Assembly (NCBI GenBank): GCA_043228905.1
Contig: JBHGNT010000018.1
Location: 9,238,001 to 9,302,000, forward strand
From: Azolla caroliniana
Lineage: Eukaryota > Plantae > Polypodiophyta
Direction of reading: 5' to 3'
Length of the DNA stretch: 64,000 nucleotides
The notes beneath the pieces were generated by a model. The model saw only the letters and a list, made by a program, of their open reading frames with translations. It had not been told where the DNA came from and made no database searches. Position 1 is the first letter of the stretch; every line of letters starts with the position of its first letter. A program made the position numbers and the translations under genes. Below, piece after piece: positions 1 through 12,287 of this stretch.

Positions 1-2335
1 TGTTGGACTATGGAGTGCATTTGACAGCTTTCGCAAGCCGTCACGAACTGATGCATGTCTCGGTATAGTCCCGGCCACCAGTACTTCCCCTTCAGCTTCT
101 CGAATGTGGCCCACGTCCTGCGGTGCCCAGCCCAGGGACTTTCGTGGTACGCCGCCAACAATTCCTCCTATTCCTCTTTCTTCGCCACCACTCAGAGCGG
201 AACGCTGTGTCTCTTCTTTGGGTGTTTCCCGATGCACCCATCTCGTAGGAAGAATCGGTACGCCTTCTTCCAAATCCGGTTGGTCTCTTCCTTCGTCCAC
301 GCCACGTCTGATGTCATTGTCTTCAGGAAACCGCCGATCCGGAGCCACTCCCTGCCGTACTTACTCTCGTCGAACTCATTACGCGTCGGAGTGCTCCTCT
401 TCCTTGTTGTTACGTAAGCCGACTCGAAGAAGTCCATGCCAACTTCTGCGTCTTCTAAAACCATGTTGTCCTCATCATCGAATCTCGCCCTCGAAAGCAT
501 GTTAGTCATGGCGTTGTCTTTTGCGGAAATGTGTCGTATTTCTGGATTCAGGGACTTGATGTACGCTATCCACCTAAGCATTGCCAAGTTTGGCATCATG
601 CATCCAGAAACCATACCGAGAATCGGCAGGCAGTCCGTCTCAATTATCACCTCTGTCCTGATCAGGTAGTCTTTGTCGGCCTTGACCACCGAAACGATAC
701 CCCAAAGTTTGCATTTAACCTGGGAGTACCCTCGCTATCGTTCACTGAGGACTTTCACACCGAACCGAATGGGGAACCTCATGCCGTTCTCTTCCTCCTG
801 GTTGATCACCCATCCGATTCCGGTCGGGCTCGTGTCTATGGTCACGTAAATCGGAATGTCTTTACCGTAGACTGCTTTCCGGAGTGCCGGTGCCGCAGCA
901 AGTGCTTCTTTCATTTTCCGGACCGACTCCGTATGCTCCTCTCTCCACTCAAATTTACGCCCTTTCTTCAGCAGTCCATAGAGCGGCTCCGCAACGTGGG
1001 CATAATGCGGGATCCAGATATGGTAGAATGTGCATGCTCCCAAGAATCTTCGGACTTCCGTGACCGAATTGCAGTCGCGCTTCATCGTGGAGATGGCCTC
1101 TACCTTGGCCGGCGATGGTTTCCGACCAAATGGCCCACATAGGTGTTCGACGACCATGATCTCCGATTGCCCAAAGGCCAATTTTTCCCCGGAGAAGGTG
1201 AGCCTCGCGCCTTCTAGTCTTCGCAGCACCTTCTCGCAGTCATCGACGTGGTCCGCCACGAATTTCCGGCATCCGTCTGGTCCGATTGTCTCGTCCTTAT
1301 CCTCCACCGAAGGGTACACATCCGTACTAGGCCGAGGGGAGTCCGCATCGTTGTAATGTCCCTGCTCTCCACGACTAGCTAGAACTGATCGTATCCCGAG
1401 TACAGATCATCGACCGAGTAAATTGACCTTCTGGCGAAGGCCCCCGTGAACTCGTCTATGGTCGATCCAATTCCTGCATTCCGAATGGTCACCTTGTTGA
1501 CCGGCTACAGGTCCCGAATGAAGCGCAGCGTGCCATTCTTCTTGGGCACAGTAAACCATCGATTAGAATACGGGGCACTCGACAGCTCGAGGATGCCCAT
1601 ATCCACCTTCTATTTCAGCAGCTCCATCAGCTTCGGGACATGAGCTCTGGGTACTGGAATTGGTTTGAGATTTCACGGTACATGCGGTACCGTGAAGATC
1701 ACCATAGGTTCCACAATCGTCGGGTCTACGCACCCGATCTCCTCCGGCGAGAATGCGAAGGCCTTTCTGTGCCTCCTGAACATTCTCCGAAACCGGTTCT
1801 CCTTCGCCGGCAGTAGAAAGCCACCTATGCCACCTGGATCTCGTAAACTTGGGTCTAACGCAACCCCTTTCATCCGTAACTTGCTGCCCTCCGGCAAGGG
1901 TGCCGCGATTGGCCTCACCTTCCGGTCCACAATCTTGTACTTCGTATCCACTCGGGCTGTCTGATCCGACTCGAGTCCTCTACCGAAGTCGGCGATAACT
2001 TCGTACATCTTTTCCGTACATACCGGAATCGTCTGGTCTCCACTAAGGCCCTCTCCGAACACCTCCCGTAGCTTCCCCAAGGTGTCGTCGAAAGAGACCG
2101 CCTCCACGTCTCCGTTGATTTCCTCTACGGGGCCGAGGACTCCGCATGCCTTGAGTCGCTCTTCTGCTCGCTTCTTCTCCCGGCCAATGACGTCGGCTAT
2201 TGCACAACCTCCGCTGTCGGAGAACCAAAACTTCCTACCTACGTTATAGGTTCTTCTGCCTACTGTACACATGTGGGGATTTTCCAGAGTTTCCGGACTA
2301 TCGCGGCCCCACGCCTTGATAGCCCTCTCTAAAAA
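1..2335 (-). pseudogene. G1 RT-RNaseH-integrase, disrupted (RT catalytic segment deleted)
   Basis: Motifs YKIVDRKVRP, VIFTVPHVP, WFTVPKKNG, EVRRFLGAC, DTSPTGIG; frameshifts and stops. Confidence 0.88.
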
Positions 2336-2338
2336 TCC
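2273..2338 (-). promoter_or_regulatory. Putative -1 programmed ribosomal frameshift signal (G_GAU_UUU plus H-type pseudoknot)
   Basis: Heptamer just before the protease ORF stop, 6-nt spacer, stem GGGCTATC/GATAGTCC, loop GTGGGG pairing with downstream CCCCAC; the -1 frame is open into the RT ORF. Confidence 0.72.
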
Positions 2339-4466
2339 CCTCGGCTTTCGCCGCCGAGGGTCGCTCGGTTTTGTTCATGGTTCGGACGCACCATCAGAAA
2401 CTGGATGGAGTGACATCCGTCCTGGATCTTGACTTGCGTGTATGCCGACCCGTTGTCCAGCACCTTCGTCTCCATTCGTGCCGCTGTGATGTACGGTTCC
2501 CCAAGTATCACCGGATGCGAGGATGTCTCCTGCACAAAGAAGTGTTGATCGATCTCGACATCACCAATTTTCACTCGTACATTCGGGCAGGCTCCGTGTA
2601 GCTCCTCTGTGGCGCGTGTCGCCGCTCGTATTTTCCACCCATGCTTGGTGTTGATTGACCACTTGCCCTTCTTGTAAAAGTCCATGGACATCAAGTTGAT
2701 TTCCAATCCATGGTCTACCAACACCACCACCATCTCCTGAACATCTCCTATCTTAACGGGGGTCTCCGTAGTGGCTCTGGCCGAATGTAGCCTCGAATAG
2801 TGGCTTTCCGCCAACTCGTCTTCCAGGGCCATGTCTTCTAGGTCCGTCGTTCGCACCTCCACCGGCTTCTCCGGCTCCGGCTCCGTCGAAAGCCTCTTTC
2901 GCTTCACCAAGTCTACAATGGAGTCGTGGAACTCCTTTTTGGCGATACCGAACACTTCCCTCAGCGACAACTCCACTTTGCTGTCGAGGATCCATTCCTC
3001 CAGGACCTTTCGTAGGTCCGTGGTCCTCTCGATCTTTTGTGCTCAACCGGTAACCGGCCTTCTTGGACTTGTCCGGTGCGCTGGATGCACCGGCGTCATT
3101 CTGCCTCTGCCGAACCGGGTCTCATACCGTTGAGAGGGTCCAGCCCCTCTGGTCTTTCCCGCATGCTTTTCTTCCACCAGAACCTCGTAGTTTTGGCACG
3201 CGGCTTCTACGAAGCCCGTTTTTTCTTCGACCGGGTCACTCCACCCTGTTACCTCCCGAACTCGTCTTTCCGCGCAGTCCGCTTCGTCTTTCCTCAATCG
3301 TACACCGGCGAGGCCTTCTAGCATCAATGGCCAGAACCCGGAGTCCTTCGTCTTCCGGACTTCGTTGCCTCCGACCCGGATTCCTATCGACGCCGAGTAG
3401 TGGACAGTGTCCGTGTGGCGAGACGCCGCTTCTTCCATCAGCCGCTTCATTCCCCCTCGTCCGACATTCAGTTCTAGGGCCCTCTTGGTTTCGCTAGCGT
3501 GTACATGCCCGTTCCACAGGTACACCATGTTAGGCCTTATCGCTTCGGCGAAATCCACGCAATCCTTCCGAGCGTGGCCGACCGCGCCGCACCACAAGCA
3601 CCGATGCCCGGCCGGAGGCCTTTGGTCGCGGGCTTATTCGCCGTTGTCCCTCCATGCCTGTGCAATCTGGAGGTCCCTCACCATCTGAGTCAGCTCTTCT
3701 AGAGCCGCACCTCCAGACGGGCCCTTGACCACGCTGGTCGAAGTCGAGCCGGTCTTAAGCCAATATCGGGTCTCCTCCCTTCGCGCCGGTGGGGGTACCT
3801 CAAGCTTCCTTGCCGCAAGAGAGCTTGCTCCCGCCGAGCCTTTATTGACCCAATCTCGTCGTTTGTCAAAACGGTTGCATACTCTCTTCACCACGGCCCG
3901 TCGTCGGTCTTCAGCAGGAGGCCCACTTGCTCCCGGTCCCTCACATCCACCGATTTAGCAAACAATAGGACACGACTTGTGTCTAGTACGGTCCAATCCA
4001 GGGCTGAAAGACGCGCGAAGTGTTCTTCAAACTCCCGGAGGAGCACTGACGCGTTTCTCCCCTTTTCGGGGGTCTCCACCCATTCCATGAAGTCCGGCTT
4101 CGATAGCCGAAGCACGTCATCAGGCCTATATTTCTCAAGGAGCCGACCTTCAAATTCTTCCCAGGTCCGGCTCTCAGCCCGTACCTCAAGCACCTCCGCA
4201 TGGATGCTCAGCATTGCCACCCGAGGGAATCCGGCCAGTCGCCTGTCCTCCAGAATGTCCCTCATCACAATTTCGGTTCGATAGGCCTCCAAATAGCTCG
4301 TGGCGTCCTTTCCACCGAACCGGCCTATCGTGCCGATGATCGCTTCAATGGCCCTATCGAGGGCGCATGCGCCTTCGCGCGCACTCACTATCCAATCCAC
4401 AGCTGAGGCCATGGCTTCTACAAGCTCCGATCCCCTCATCTTTCTATTCCTCTGCCGCCTATTCAC
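2329..4466 (-). pseudogene. G1 gag-protease ORF, disrupted
   Basis: ORFs 3634-3894, 3043-3597 and 2329-2976 share one frame and are separated by single stops; 3888-4466 is frameshifted. Zinc knuckle and aspartic protease motifs present. Confidence 0.85.
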
Positions 4467-4479
4467 GTCGGGTTCACCA
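4461..4479 (-). promoter_or_regulatory. Primer-binding site complementary to the 3' end of tRNA-Trp
   Basis: The + strand reads ATTCACGTCGGGTTCACCA, matching the plant cytosolic tRNA-Trp 3' end including CCA (recalled sequence), 2 nt from the LTR end. Confidence 0.85.
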
Positions 4480-4481
4480 AA

Positions 4482-5156
4482 TGTGTCACATTGTTACGTG
4501 CATGCGTATAGAACGAGGCGGGACCACGGGGGTCTTGGACCGAGGAATAACCGATCAAGAGTAGGAGCAAGGAAGACAACGGCCGTGCTTCCACAAACAC
4601 ACACATACACACAGAAACCGCAACCGAATGAAACAACGGAAACGAGACAAATGCGTATATGTATATATATAATCTGATGAAAAGGGGTTACAACCGGCAG
4701 GCCGGTGAGCGACAAATCTCATTCACCTACGCACACGCACACAGAAGAGCGAGATGGAGACTCTGCCGGAAGCACTCGGGCGTTCCGCGGAGCAGAGTCA
4801 GCCTCCCGAAAACCTGCACAGAGAAAATACAGAGAAAGACGGAGGAGAAGAGCTCAGTCCCAGTCCGACAACACTTCGTCCTTGACAAAAAGCGATCCCC
4901 ATTACAATTCCTCTCCCTCTCTTTTATAGCCCAAGGAGGGAGGCCGTAATAACCTATTACATCATCTTTATTCTCTGTCCTTTCGGACATAGATACGCCT
5001 CGATTTTCTACCTAACAAATGCGTGCTACCTAGGATATTCACACAACCGACTTGTACCTAGATATATACATTACAACAAAACTTGTGCCTACGTATAAGG
5101 GCCAGTTCGCGCACATTATTCTCCGATTCCGCCTAGGGACGGTTTTCTCCACGACA
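4482..5156 (-). repeat. 5' LTR of G1 (~675 bp)
   Basis: TG…CA termini; left end abuts the PBS, right end abuts G2 coding sequence; minus-strand TATA-like CTATAAAA at ~4922-4929. Confidence 0.8.
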
Positions 5157-7588
5157 GCGTAGTTTGGGTTCATCCGGTACCGCCTCTGCTGTACCGGTTT
5201 CATGTTCGTATTGAGATGTATATGGTGCTGATAAAACTTAGGGTCGAGACCCTGCATGTCACTATATGACCATGCAAATACATCTGTATACTCCCTTAAC
5301 AGTTCCACCATCATTGATTTCTCGGCCAGCACCAAGTCCTTGGCGATCTTAATTGGCAAGGATAATCTATTGTCCCTAATTCGACTTCCTCTAGGGTCGA
5401 TGCCTTCACTCGATGAGATATAACTATTTCTTGCTCTAAGGCTTCTCAGGCGTGACGTAGTTCATCCATGGATTTATGGTTCGGTTCCCTTAAGTTTTCC
5501 TCCATCTCGGTGTCCCTCCTGGACACATATGGGCTGACTGCTTCAATAACTTCAATTTCAAATAGTGATATTAGTTTCAGATTTTCTTCTAAATACTAGT
5601 CAACCTCTTCATCGGCCAATCCCTCGAGAATATGAACTCCCTCGGCATAGAGTGGTGTTATCTCATTTGTTGGTATTGTGCGCTCTTCGTTCGGGACCCA
5701 AATTTTGGTCTTACTTCTTCAGAAGGTGATGATAGTTTGCTACCAGTTCTATTTGATGTTGGTTGTCCGCAACCATAGTCTTCCGAGTAGAATCGGATAT
5801 GCGCATGATGCATCCAAGCATAGGACGACCATTGAAATCGAAAATGCATGCCTATCGATCACTATTTTTTGGTTCCAAATTAGACCAAGACGTCTTAAGC
5901 AGCTCGTATCCGCCATCCTTAGCCAGAATGGGCAGGCTTCCCACTATTTGATTCCGACTCGGTCACATGTAGCTTACTGATTACGTTTACTCCAGAACCA
6001 CCATTAGTTATGCAGCTGGGTATTTCTTGTCCTTTGATGATGAGTTTTACTATTGGATTCTGTGCATCCAACACCATTGATCATTCGCTTGATTTGGCGA
6101 AATGAATCGGCACATTCGGGCATTCCCTACTCTTGCCATTGCCGCCACAACCGCTTTGAATCAGGGAACAAGATTCAACAACTTACTCAGTGGCATCGAA
6201 ATTTGGCAGTTGGCCAAAGCTTGCCAAATCGAATCATCCCCAAGTGGTTCATCAGCTGTCACCGATTGTTCCTACAGGTGGGTTTTGCCAATTGTGATAT
6301 TTTGCATCTCATTCTACATGCGTTCCGTGTTCGCGCTATTGGCTTATCAATCCTAACCTTTGCTGCGTTTTGTTGTAAATATGGTCGGCCACAACTAGTT
6401 CACAAGTAAAAATGAGAGAAGGAAATAACCAAAACAACAACAAACAAAACACAGACAAGGCACAAACAATGAGACAAGATATTATCACGGAAAACCCGGA
6501 AAGGGAAAAACCCGTGGGAGCCCACAGACTCCAAACATAATCGCTATATGAAGAGAGTACAAGAAACTCTAAGGCAACGACCTTGAGCTCAACTTCGTCT
6601 TACAGATGGCTACAACACTCACACCCTCTCAACACTTAATCAACTTTGTACCCATTGATAATCTCACTTCAATATTATCACTTTTGCCCTAGCTATATTT
6701 ATACCCATAAACATATATGACTATTTACAAATATAGCACACAATAGGCACATTAAGGCTATCTACAAATATATCCCCGAGTCAGCTTTAGCCAATTCGTT
6801 TATCGGTCGATTTTTGGTCTTGGCCTATCAGCGTCAGCCGAGTTTGCTATTGATTGATTCAACTTATCTTTCCCTAGTTAGTGCTTAGTTGCCTCTTGAC
6901 GATCCGACTCCTTGCGCAATATCCAAATTCCAATTTGGACAACATGGCTATCATCCAGCTCTTCAGTCGATCGGCTTCCCTCGATCATTTTCGGGGCATC
7001 GAGTCGCATAGTGTCGTGGTTTGTGGTAGTTGTAGCATATGATGGGTGCCTCTTGACTCGATTCCCCTCATTCTGTTGGTGATGGCGGTGGTTGCCGGTT
7101 AGGTTCATCCTGTGGCCGAGCATTATAATGTTGCGCTTGTTAGGGGCAACGATGGTAACTTTGATCCTCGTTTGGTTGAAAACGGCAATTGCCAGACCAA
7201 TTATCCTCTCTGCATTGTTGATCCTATTGGCATTGATTACTACCGTAATTCCAGTTGTTCGTGAATCGACCATTATTCGCATTGTTGCCTGGCCTCCTCT
7301 CGGTCCTTGTCTCTCGTGCGTACATTGGGGCATACTCTTCATCGTATTTTTCTTGGTCATAACCGTAGTCATCGTCACCATATCTGTCTTCTACCGGTCG
7401 GAAGCGCTGCTCATAGCGAGCTCGGTCATTATCCCTAAATCATGCCGATTGGTGGAATCGGTCCTCATTCCACTTTCGATCGTTGTGTGGCTCGAGTTGT
7501 CGCACCGGAATTGTCGCTCTATTAAGCAGGTTGTATTCGCATTGTTCCAATGTGCCCGCGAGAGTGGCAGATTGGGCAATCTGTCCTC
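5157..7588 (-). mobile_element. Degenerate Ty3/Gypsy G2 (gag C-terminus, protease, RT start); host of most insertions in this cluster
   Basis: FAWSYSDMQGLDP…HHIHL…PVQQRRYRMNP (RT N-terminus), NGGSGVNVI and YPILLGR (protease), decayed knuckle CYNYHKPRHYATRC near 7000-7045. Confidence 0.82.
6371..6864 (-). mobile_element. Copia-type solo LTR inserted in G2
   Basis: TGTTG start, …TTCAAC end, conserved GGAAAACCC…GGGAAAAACCCGTGG motif; TSD not recognisable. Confidence 0.65.
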
Positions 7589-7917
7589 TATTGGAGTCTG
7601 AGAACGTCAATGCGGAAACAAGAGCAACATCTATGCTTAGAAGATCACCAAGTTAGCATGGTAGAGAAAGATCAAGGAGACGAAGTGCTCGAGTAAGAGA
7701 GAGACAGAGAGAGAGAGGCACACAATGTGTAACTATATTATTCAAAACTCAAAGTTACAACATAATGGAGACAACAACCTTATGAGCTAGGTTACAAAGC
7801 CAGTAATATACTAACTGAGCTAGGGTAATTTCCCTTTGACATATTAACATAAATGCCCTAAACCTAGTCAGTCCAAAGGCTAGTGTGAATACGGCCATTA
7901 TACACCTATATTCAACA
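7589..7917 (-). repeat. 3' LTR of Copia A
   Basis: Direct repeat of 18961-19214; ends …TTCAACA next to the PPT. Confidence 0.88.
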
Positions 7918-8151
7918 TTCCCTCGTAATGGGCGTATACACTATGGAGAAACATGTAATATGAAATAGGATGTACAGGTTATACAAAGAGATGCTTGAGT
8001 AAATCGGCATGTGGATGAATCAATAGAAATCGAGAAAAAACAAAGGCCGAGTTGGCTAGTTAGAGTACAGAAGCTTGTTCGGTTGTCAAGCGAGTGCTCG
8101 AAGCTATCTCTATTGTCTGACTCAATCAGATTGAATGCTCCTTAAGCCCAT

Positions 8152-11100
8152 TGTTGAGCGGGCAAGCTCAACCTGATCTAGATCAGCTGAATAAGCCAGA
8201 GCCAGATCAGTATCTGGAACCTAGAGTTGGACCGGAGAACCAGATCGTACTCTGGAATAGTGGGAACCGGTAGGTTGTTGGAGCTTCCTTGGAGTTAGTG
8301 TCAGTCGCTTGTGTGAGCATTGAAGTACATGTCAGTACTTCTATCAGTCCTTTTTAGGACTTGTATAAAAAAGTGTTCTTTAGGACATTTGTATATACAG
8401 AGTATTATTTCTTGAATTGAGTTTATGTTTTTCTGCTCTCCCTCTATGTCTCCCATGTAATCAAGCTTTCCATTAAACCTTTGTTCTGTGTTCTGTTGTT
8501 ATCTAGACTAGCCGGTTTTCTCTTAGCTTCCGCACAATATCTTTTACATGGTATTAGAGCGTAAGGGTTGAGAACCTCTGTTATCGACAAGCGACCTCTA
8601 CGGACAAACAATAACACCCGGTAAAGAACAGGAAGGAGAGAATGGACTGAGGAATGGCTAGCTTGCTCCCGACGGAGAGGCTCGACAGATCCATCTATGC
8701 ATCTTGGTCGTACAAGATGCACCAGTACTTGCTCGGGCATGGCTACTAGAGTTATGTCGACGGAGGTAACGATACAACACCCGATGCAGCACACAAGGAC
8801 TTTCTGGTTTGGGCACAAGCGGCAAGTAAGGTAATGTACTGCTCTGTGTCCAGTGTCAGAGATCAGCTCCTCAGCCATATCCGGGATGCCAAGATGCCAA
8901 AGGAAGCTTGGGGAAACCTAAAGAAGGTCTTCGCCACAAGCACCACGGCCTGGAAGCTGCAACTCTGACAAGAGTTCAGCAATGTCCGACAGAAGGACAT
9001 GTCGGTGGCCGACTACACGGCCCGGATCAAAGACATCTGTGACTCACTTGCCTCCATCAACGTGATCATCGAGGAAAATGAGATGGTGCAGGTCTGTCTC
9101 GGGAGCCTGGCATCAAAGTTCGAAGCATTACGAATGGTGGTCTATACAAGGGAGAATACGGCCTTGTTTTTCGACTTACAGTCGATGCTCCTTGTAGAGG
9201 AGAACCGACAACAAAATGTTGTACACTGAGGCGGAGAGGCCCCGTGGTCATGGTGGTTGAGGCGGATCAGCATGCAATGCATGCGGTCAACAAGAGTAGA
9301 ATCGGAGGCACAAAGATGGTGCCGACACCAATTCCGGACCCTCCGGAAACAGGAGAAGTCAAAGCGGCACCGAAATTCAACAAGGAAAAGCCGACACAAA
9401 ATGTTGGTACTGTGGTCGGAAGGGCCACGAAGAAAGTGAGCGCTGCAAAGGAAGAGCTGATTCAGACAAAGCCGGATCGAACCGAAAAGACGTAAACAGG
9501 CGTCACCGATTGCAGTATGCCGAAAGCTCGGAGGGAACGGGTTGGGACCGACCCTCGTAATGAAGCATAAGGCCAATAGAATGGCTGCGCCCAACTCAAA
9601 GTTAGAAGAAGTTTGGTATGTGGACTTCAAGGCCTTAAACCACATGACAAACCACAAGGAATGGCTCTCTTTTCTCGAGAAGCTGGAGAAGCTGGGGGTA
9701 GTCGAAACCGGAGATGACACCCCACATCCCATCGAGCACATCGGAGCCATGTCAGCCAAAAAGGGGTCATGAGGAACTTCCTACATGTTCCAATGATCAC
9801 CAAGAACTTGGTGACAATCAGGTCGATCGTAGATCAAGGAATGCAGGTTCGATTTACTCACCATAGTTGCTTCATTGAGGAGGAAGGTCAGATCATCACG
9901 CAAGGGCAGAAGGTCGAGTCGTGTTAGGAAACGGGTCCCTCCGGATGGCAAGAGAAGAGACGAGTTGATTGCCTCGGCCAAAACCAAAATCGTGTAGACA
10001 TCCAACTCGGAAGACTATACTTGTAAATAGTCTAAATATGCCCTTATGGCCTACACTTGTAAATAACCAAAAGGTGTACTAGGATAAGTACTTAGGGAAA
10101 TCTTAATGTTAGTATTATGATGAGTTGTTGTTAAAAAGGTTACTTAGAAGGTCGTTGCCTCTGTAATTATGTAATAGTAAGTGAGTGAGAGTGAGAGCGT
10201 GTGTAACTCTGTAGCCTTCTGTTGACGAAGTTGAATCACGAGGTTGTTGCCTTGGAGCTTCTAGTTGTACTCCTTTTAGAATAGTGATTCTGTTTCTCGG
10301 GGTTTGTGGACCCCCGTGGTTTTTCCCATTTCGGGTTTCCACGCTAAAATTGTGTGTTTTTGTCTCTTGTTCTATTTCTGTTTTCGTACTCTGTCTGAGT
10401 GCATTCTATTTTAGGTTCCCTGCACCTGAACATCCGAACGAGAAGCTGGTTGTGGCCGGTCACGATTCTCGACAAGTTGGACATCGACCTCTGGCACAAA
10501 TAGATCGGCCACATCAACTTCCGAAAGCTTCAAGAGATGTAGCCAAAACATGTTATTTTCGGACTACCGAAGTTTAGTAGCCAAAAAAGCCAAATATGTG
10601 AAGCTTGCCAGCTCGGGAAGCAGCATGGGCTTCCGTTCCCCAATGAGAAGAATCTGAACCGGAATCGGCTCGATCTCATCGATTCGGATGTATGGGGACC
10701 GGATCCAAATGTGAGCATCGGCGGGAGTCAATATTTCGTCTCCTTCAACGATGAGAGTCTAAGTGAATTAGAAACAGCATATTCAATCGGAATGTTTGAT
10801 TCAGAGGAGCCGAATTGATTGGCCAAGTGGTCGAAAGGCTAGCGGAAGTCTACCACGACATGGAGGAGCCGGCGGGTCGAGAAGCGTCAGGAACACAACA
10901 ACGAGGGAGCTGACAACGGCCAAGGTAGCAGACAAACCAACCGAGAAGGTCGAGGTGCGCAGAATCAGACAAATTGTAGGAAGAGGAACCGGGCCGGATG
11001 CTAGGAGCCAGGCGGGAAGACACAAGGAGGAGCTAGAGGAAAGGACCGATGGACACACATAGTGACTCCGACCTCAAATTGAGCTTGAGGGGGAGTGTTG

Positions 11101-11525
11101 AGCGGGCAAGCTCAACCAAATCCAGATCGACTTAATAAGCTAAAGCCGGATCGACACCCAAAGTAGAGAACTGGATTGGTGTTCGGATACATCGATATCT
11201 GGAACTTAGAGCTGAACCAGAGAACCAGATCATACTCCGGAATAGTGGGAACCGGTAGGCCGTGGGAGGCCTACGGTCCGAGCCTAATACGAAGGTATAT
11301 TCCTTGGAGTTAGTGCCAGTCGCTCATGTGAGCATTGAAGTACATGTCAGTACTTCTATCAGTCCTTTTAAAGACTTGTATAAAAACTGTTTTGTAGGAC
11401 ATGTGTATATACATAGTGTCATTTCATAAATTGAGTTTATTTTGTTCTACTCTCCTTCTGTCTCTCCGTGTATTCAAGCTTTCCATTAAACCTTCGTTCT
11501 GTGTTTTGCTATTATACAAACTACA
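8152..11525 (+). mobile_element. Non-autonomous Ty1/Copia element B with most of INT, RT and RH deleted, inserted at the end of A pol
   Basis: LTRs 8152-8548 and 11096-11525, TSD CCCAT (8147-8151, 11526-11530), PBS TGGTATTAGAGC 8549-8560, PPT TTGAGGGGGAG; gag and protease closely resemble element F. Confidence 0.92.
9922..10474 (+). mobile_element. Solo LTR inserted in B
   Basis: TGTTAG…CGACA termini; TSD AGTCG/AGTTG splits the host peptide KVES|DID; conserved CCCGTGGTTTTTCCC…GGGTTTCCACG motif. Confidence 0.88.
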
Positions 11526-11569
11526 CCCATGTAGTGCCGAAGTGACTGAAATCGATTAGTGACGAGAAA

Positions 11570-12287
11570 TATGCGTAATAATCTCCAGCCACAACCAAAG
11601 CGTAGATCACTTGATGACAATCAAACACAGAAGAAATGGGGATGGAGGTAAGTACACAAACAGAAAGAGAATACACAAGATGTTAACGTGGAAAACCCTG
11701 AGAGGGAAAACCATAGGAGTCCACAGCCTCCAAACTATCACTATGTCAAGGAGTACAACAGGGAGCACAGAGGCAATGACCTCTTGCTCACAATCTTCGC
11801 CTGGCGGCGGTTACAACAAAGACATGCTCTGTATCGCTCTCTCTCTCAGTACAGTCGTTACACCAATTACACTATACAAAGATAATAACAGCAACAACCT
11901 TTTTCACACTGTTTGCCCTAGGTCACATTTATACTAATATGACATTAGGACTATTTACAGATATAGCCCCAATGGGCTCTCAGAAACATATCTACATATA
12001 TGTCCCTTCATCCGGTGAGAGGTTCTCACAGGGCCTGCAACATCCGGTTCTCACCAGGTCTTCCGATGCGCTTCTGGCATGCGTCTAACTTGTTGGGCGT
12101 CAGCACCTTGGTCAACATATCCGACCCGTTCTCCTCCGTGTGGATCTTCGTCAGCATGAAAACACTCGGTCTTCTACTCGCTCCCGAATCCAGTGGTACC
12201 TCCGTTGGATGTGCTTCGTCTTGGAATGATATGCTACGTTCTTCGCAAGGTGGATGGCACTTTGACTGTCGCAATAGAGCCGGTATT
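11570..12287 (-). mobile_element. 3' end of Copia element C (3' LTR ~11570-11996 plus RNase H C-terminus)
   Basis: KIHTEENGSDMLTK and LYCDSQSA on minus, PPT-like tract ~12000-12012, LTR motif at ~11685; interrupts the A RNase H tail (FLVTNRFQSLRHYMG at 11526-11569). Confidence 0.78.

Larger units (their letters stand above)
1..5156 (-). mobile_element. Ty3/Gypsy LTR retrotransposon G1 (5' LTR to integrase zinc finger; runs off the left edge), inserted in element G2
   Basis: Minus-strand order is LTR, PBS, gag (CCHC CLWCGAVGHARKDC), protease (VLVDHGLEIN), RT, RNase H (TIDTSPTGIG), integrase HHCC (GH..YWWPG..CESC). The LTR start TGTCGTGG at 5156 interrupts the G2 RT reading frame (…YRMNPNYA|VVEK). 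Confidence 0.92.

Noticed and set aside
4461-4479. tRNA-Trp gene
   Set aside because: Only the 3' 19 nt including CCA are present, adjacent to an LTR; this is a PBS.
11526-11569. Element B inserted exactly at the terminus of LTR C
   Set aside because: This stretch translates on minus as the A RNase H tail (FLVTNRFQSLRHYMG), so LTR C starts at ~11570.
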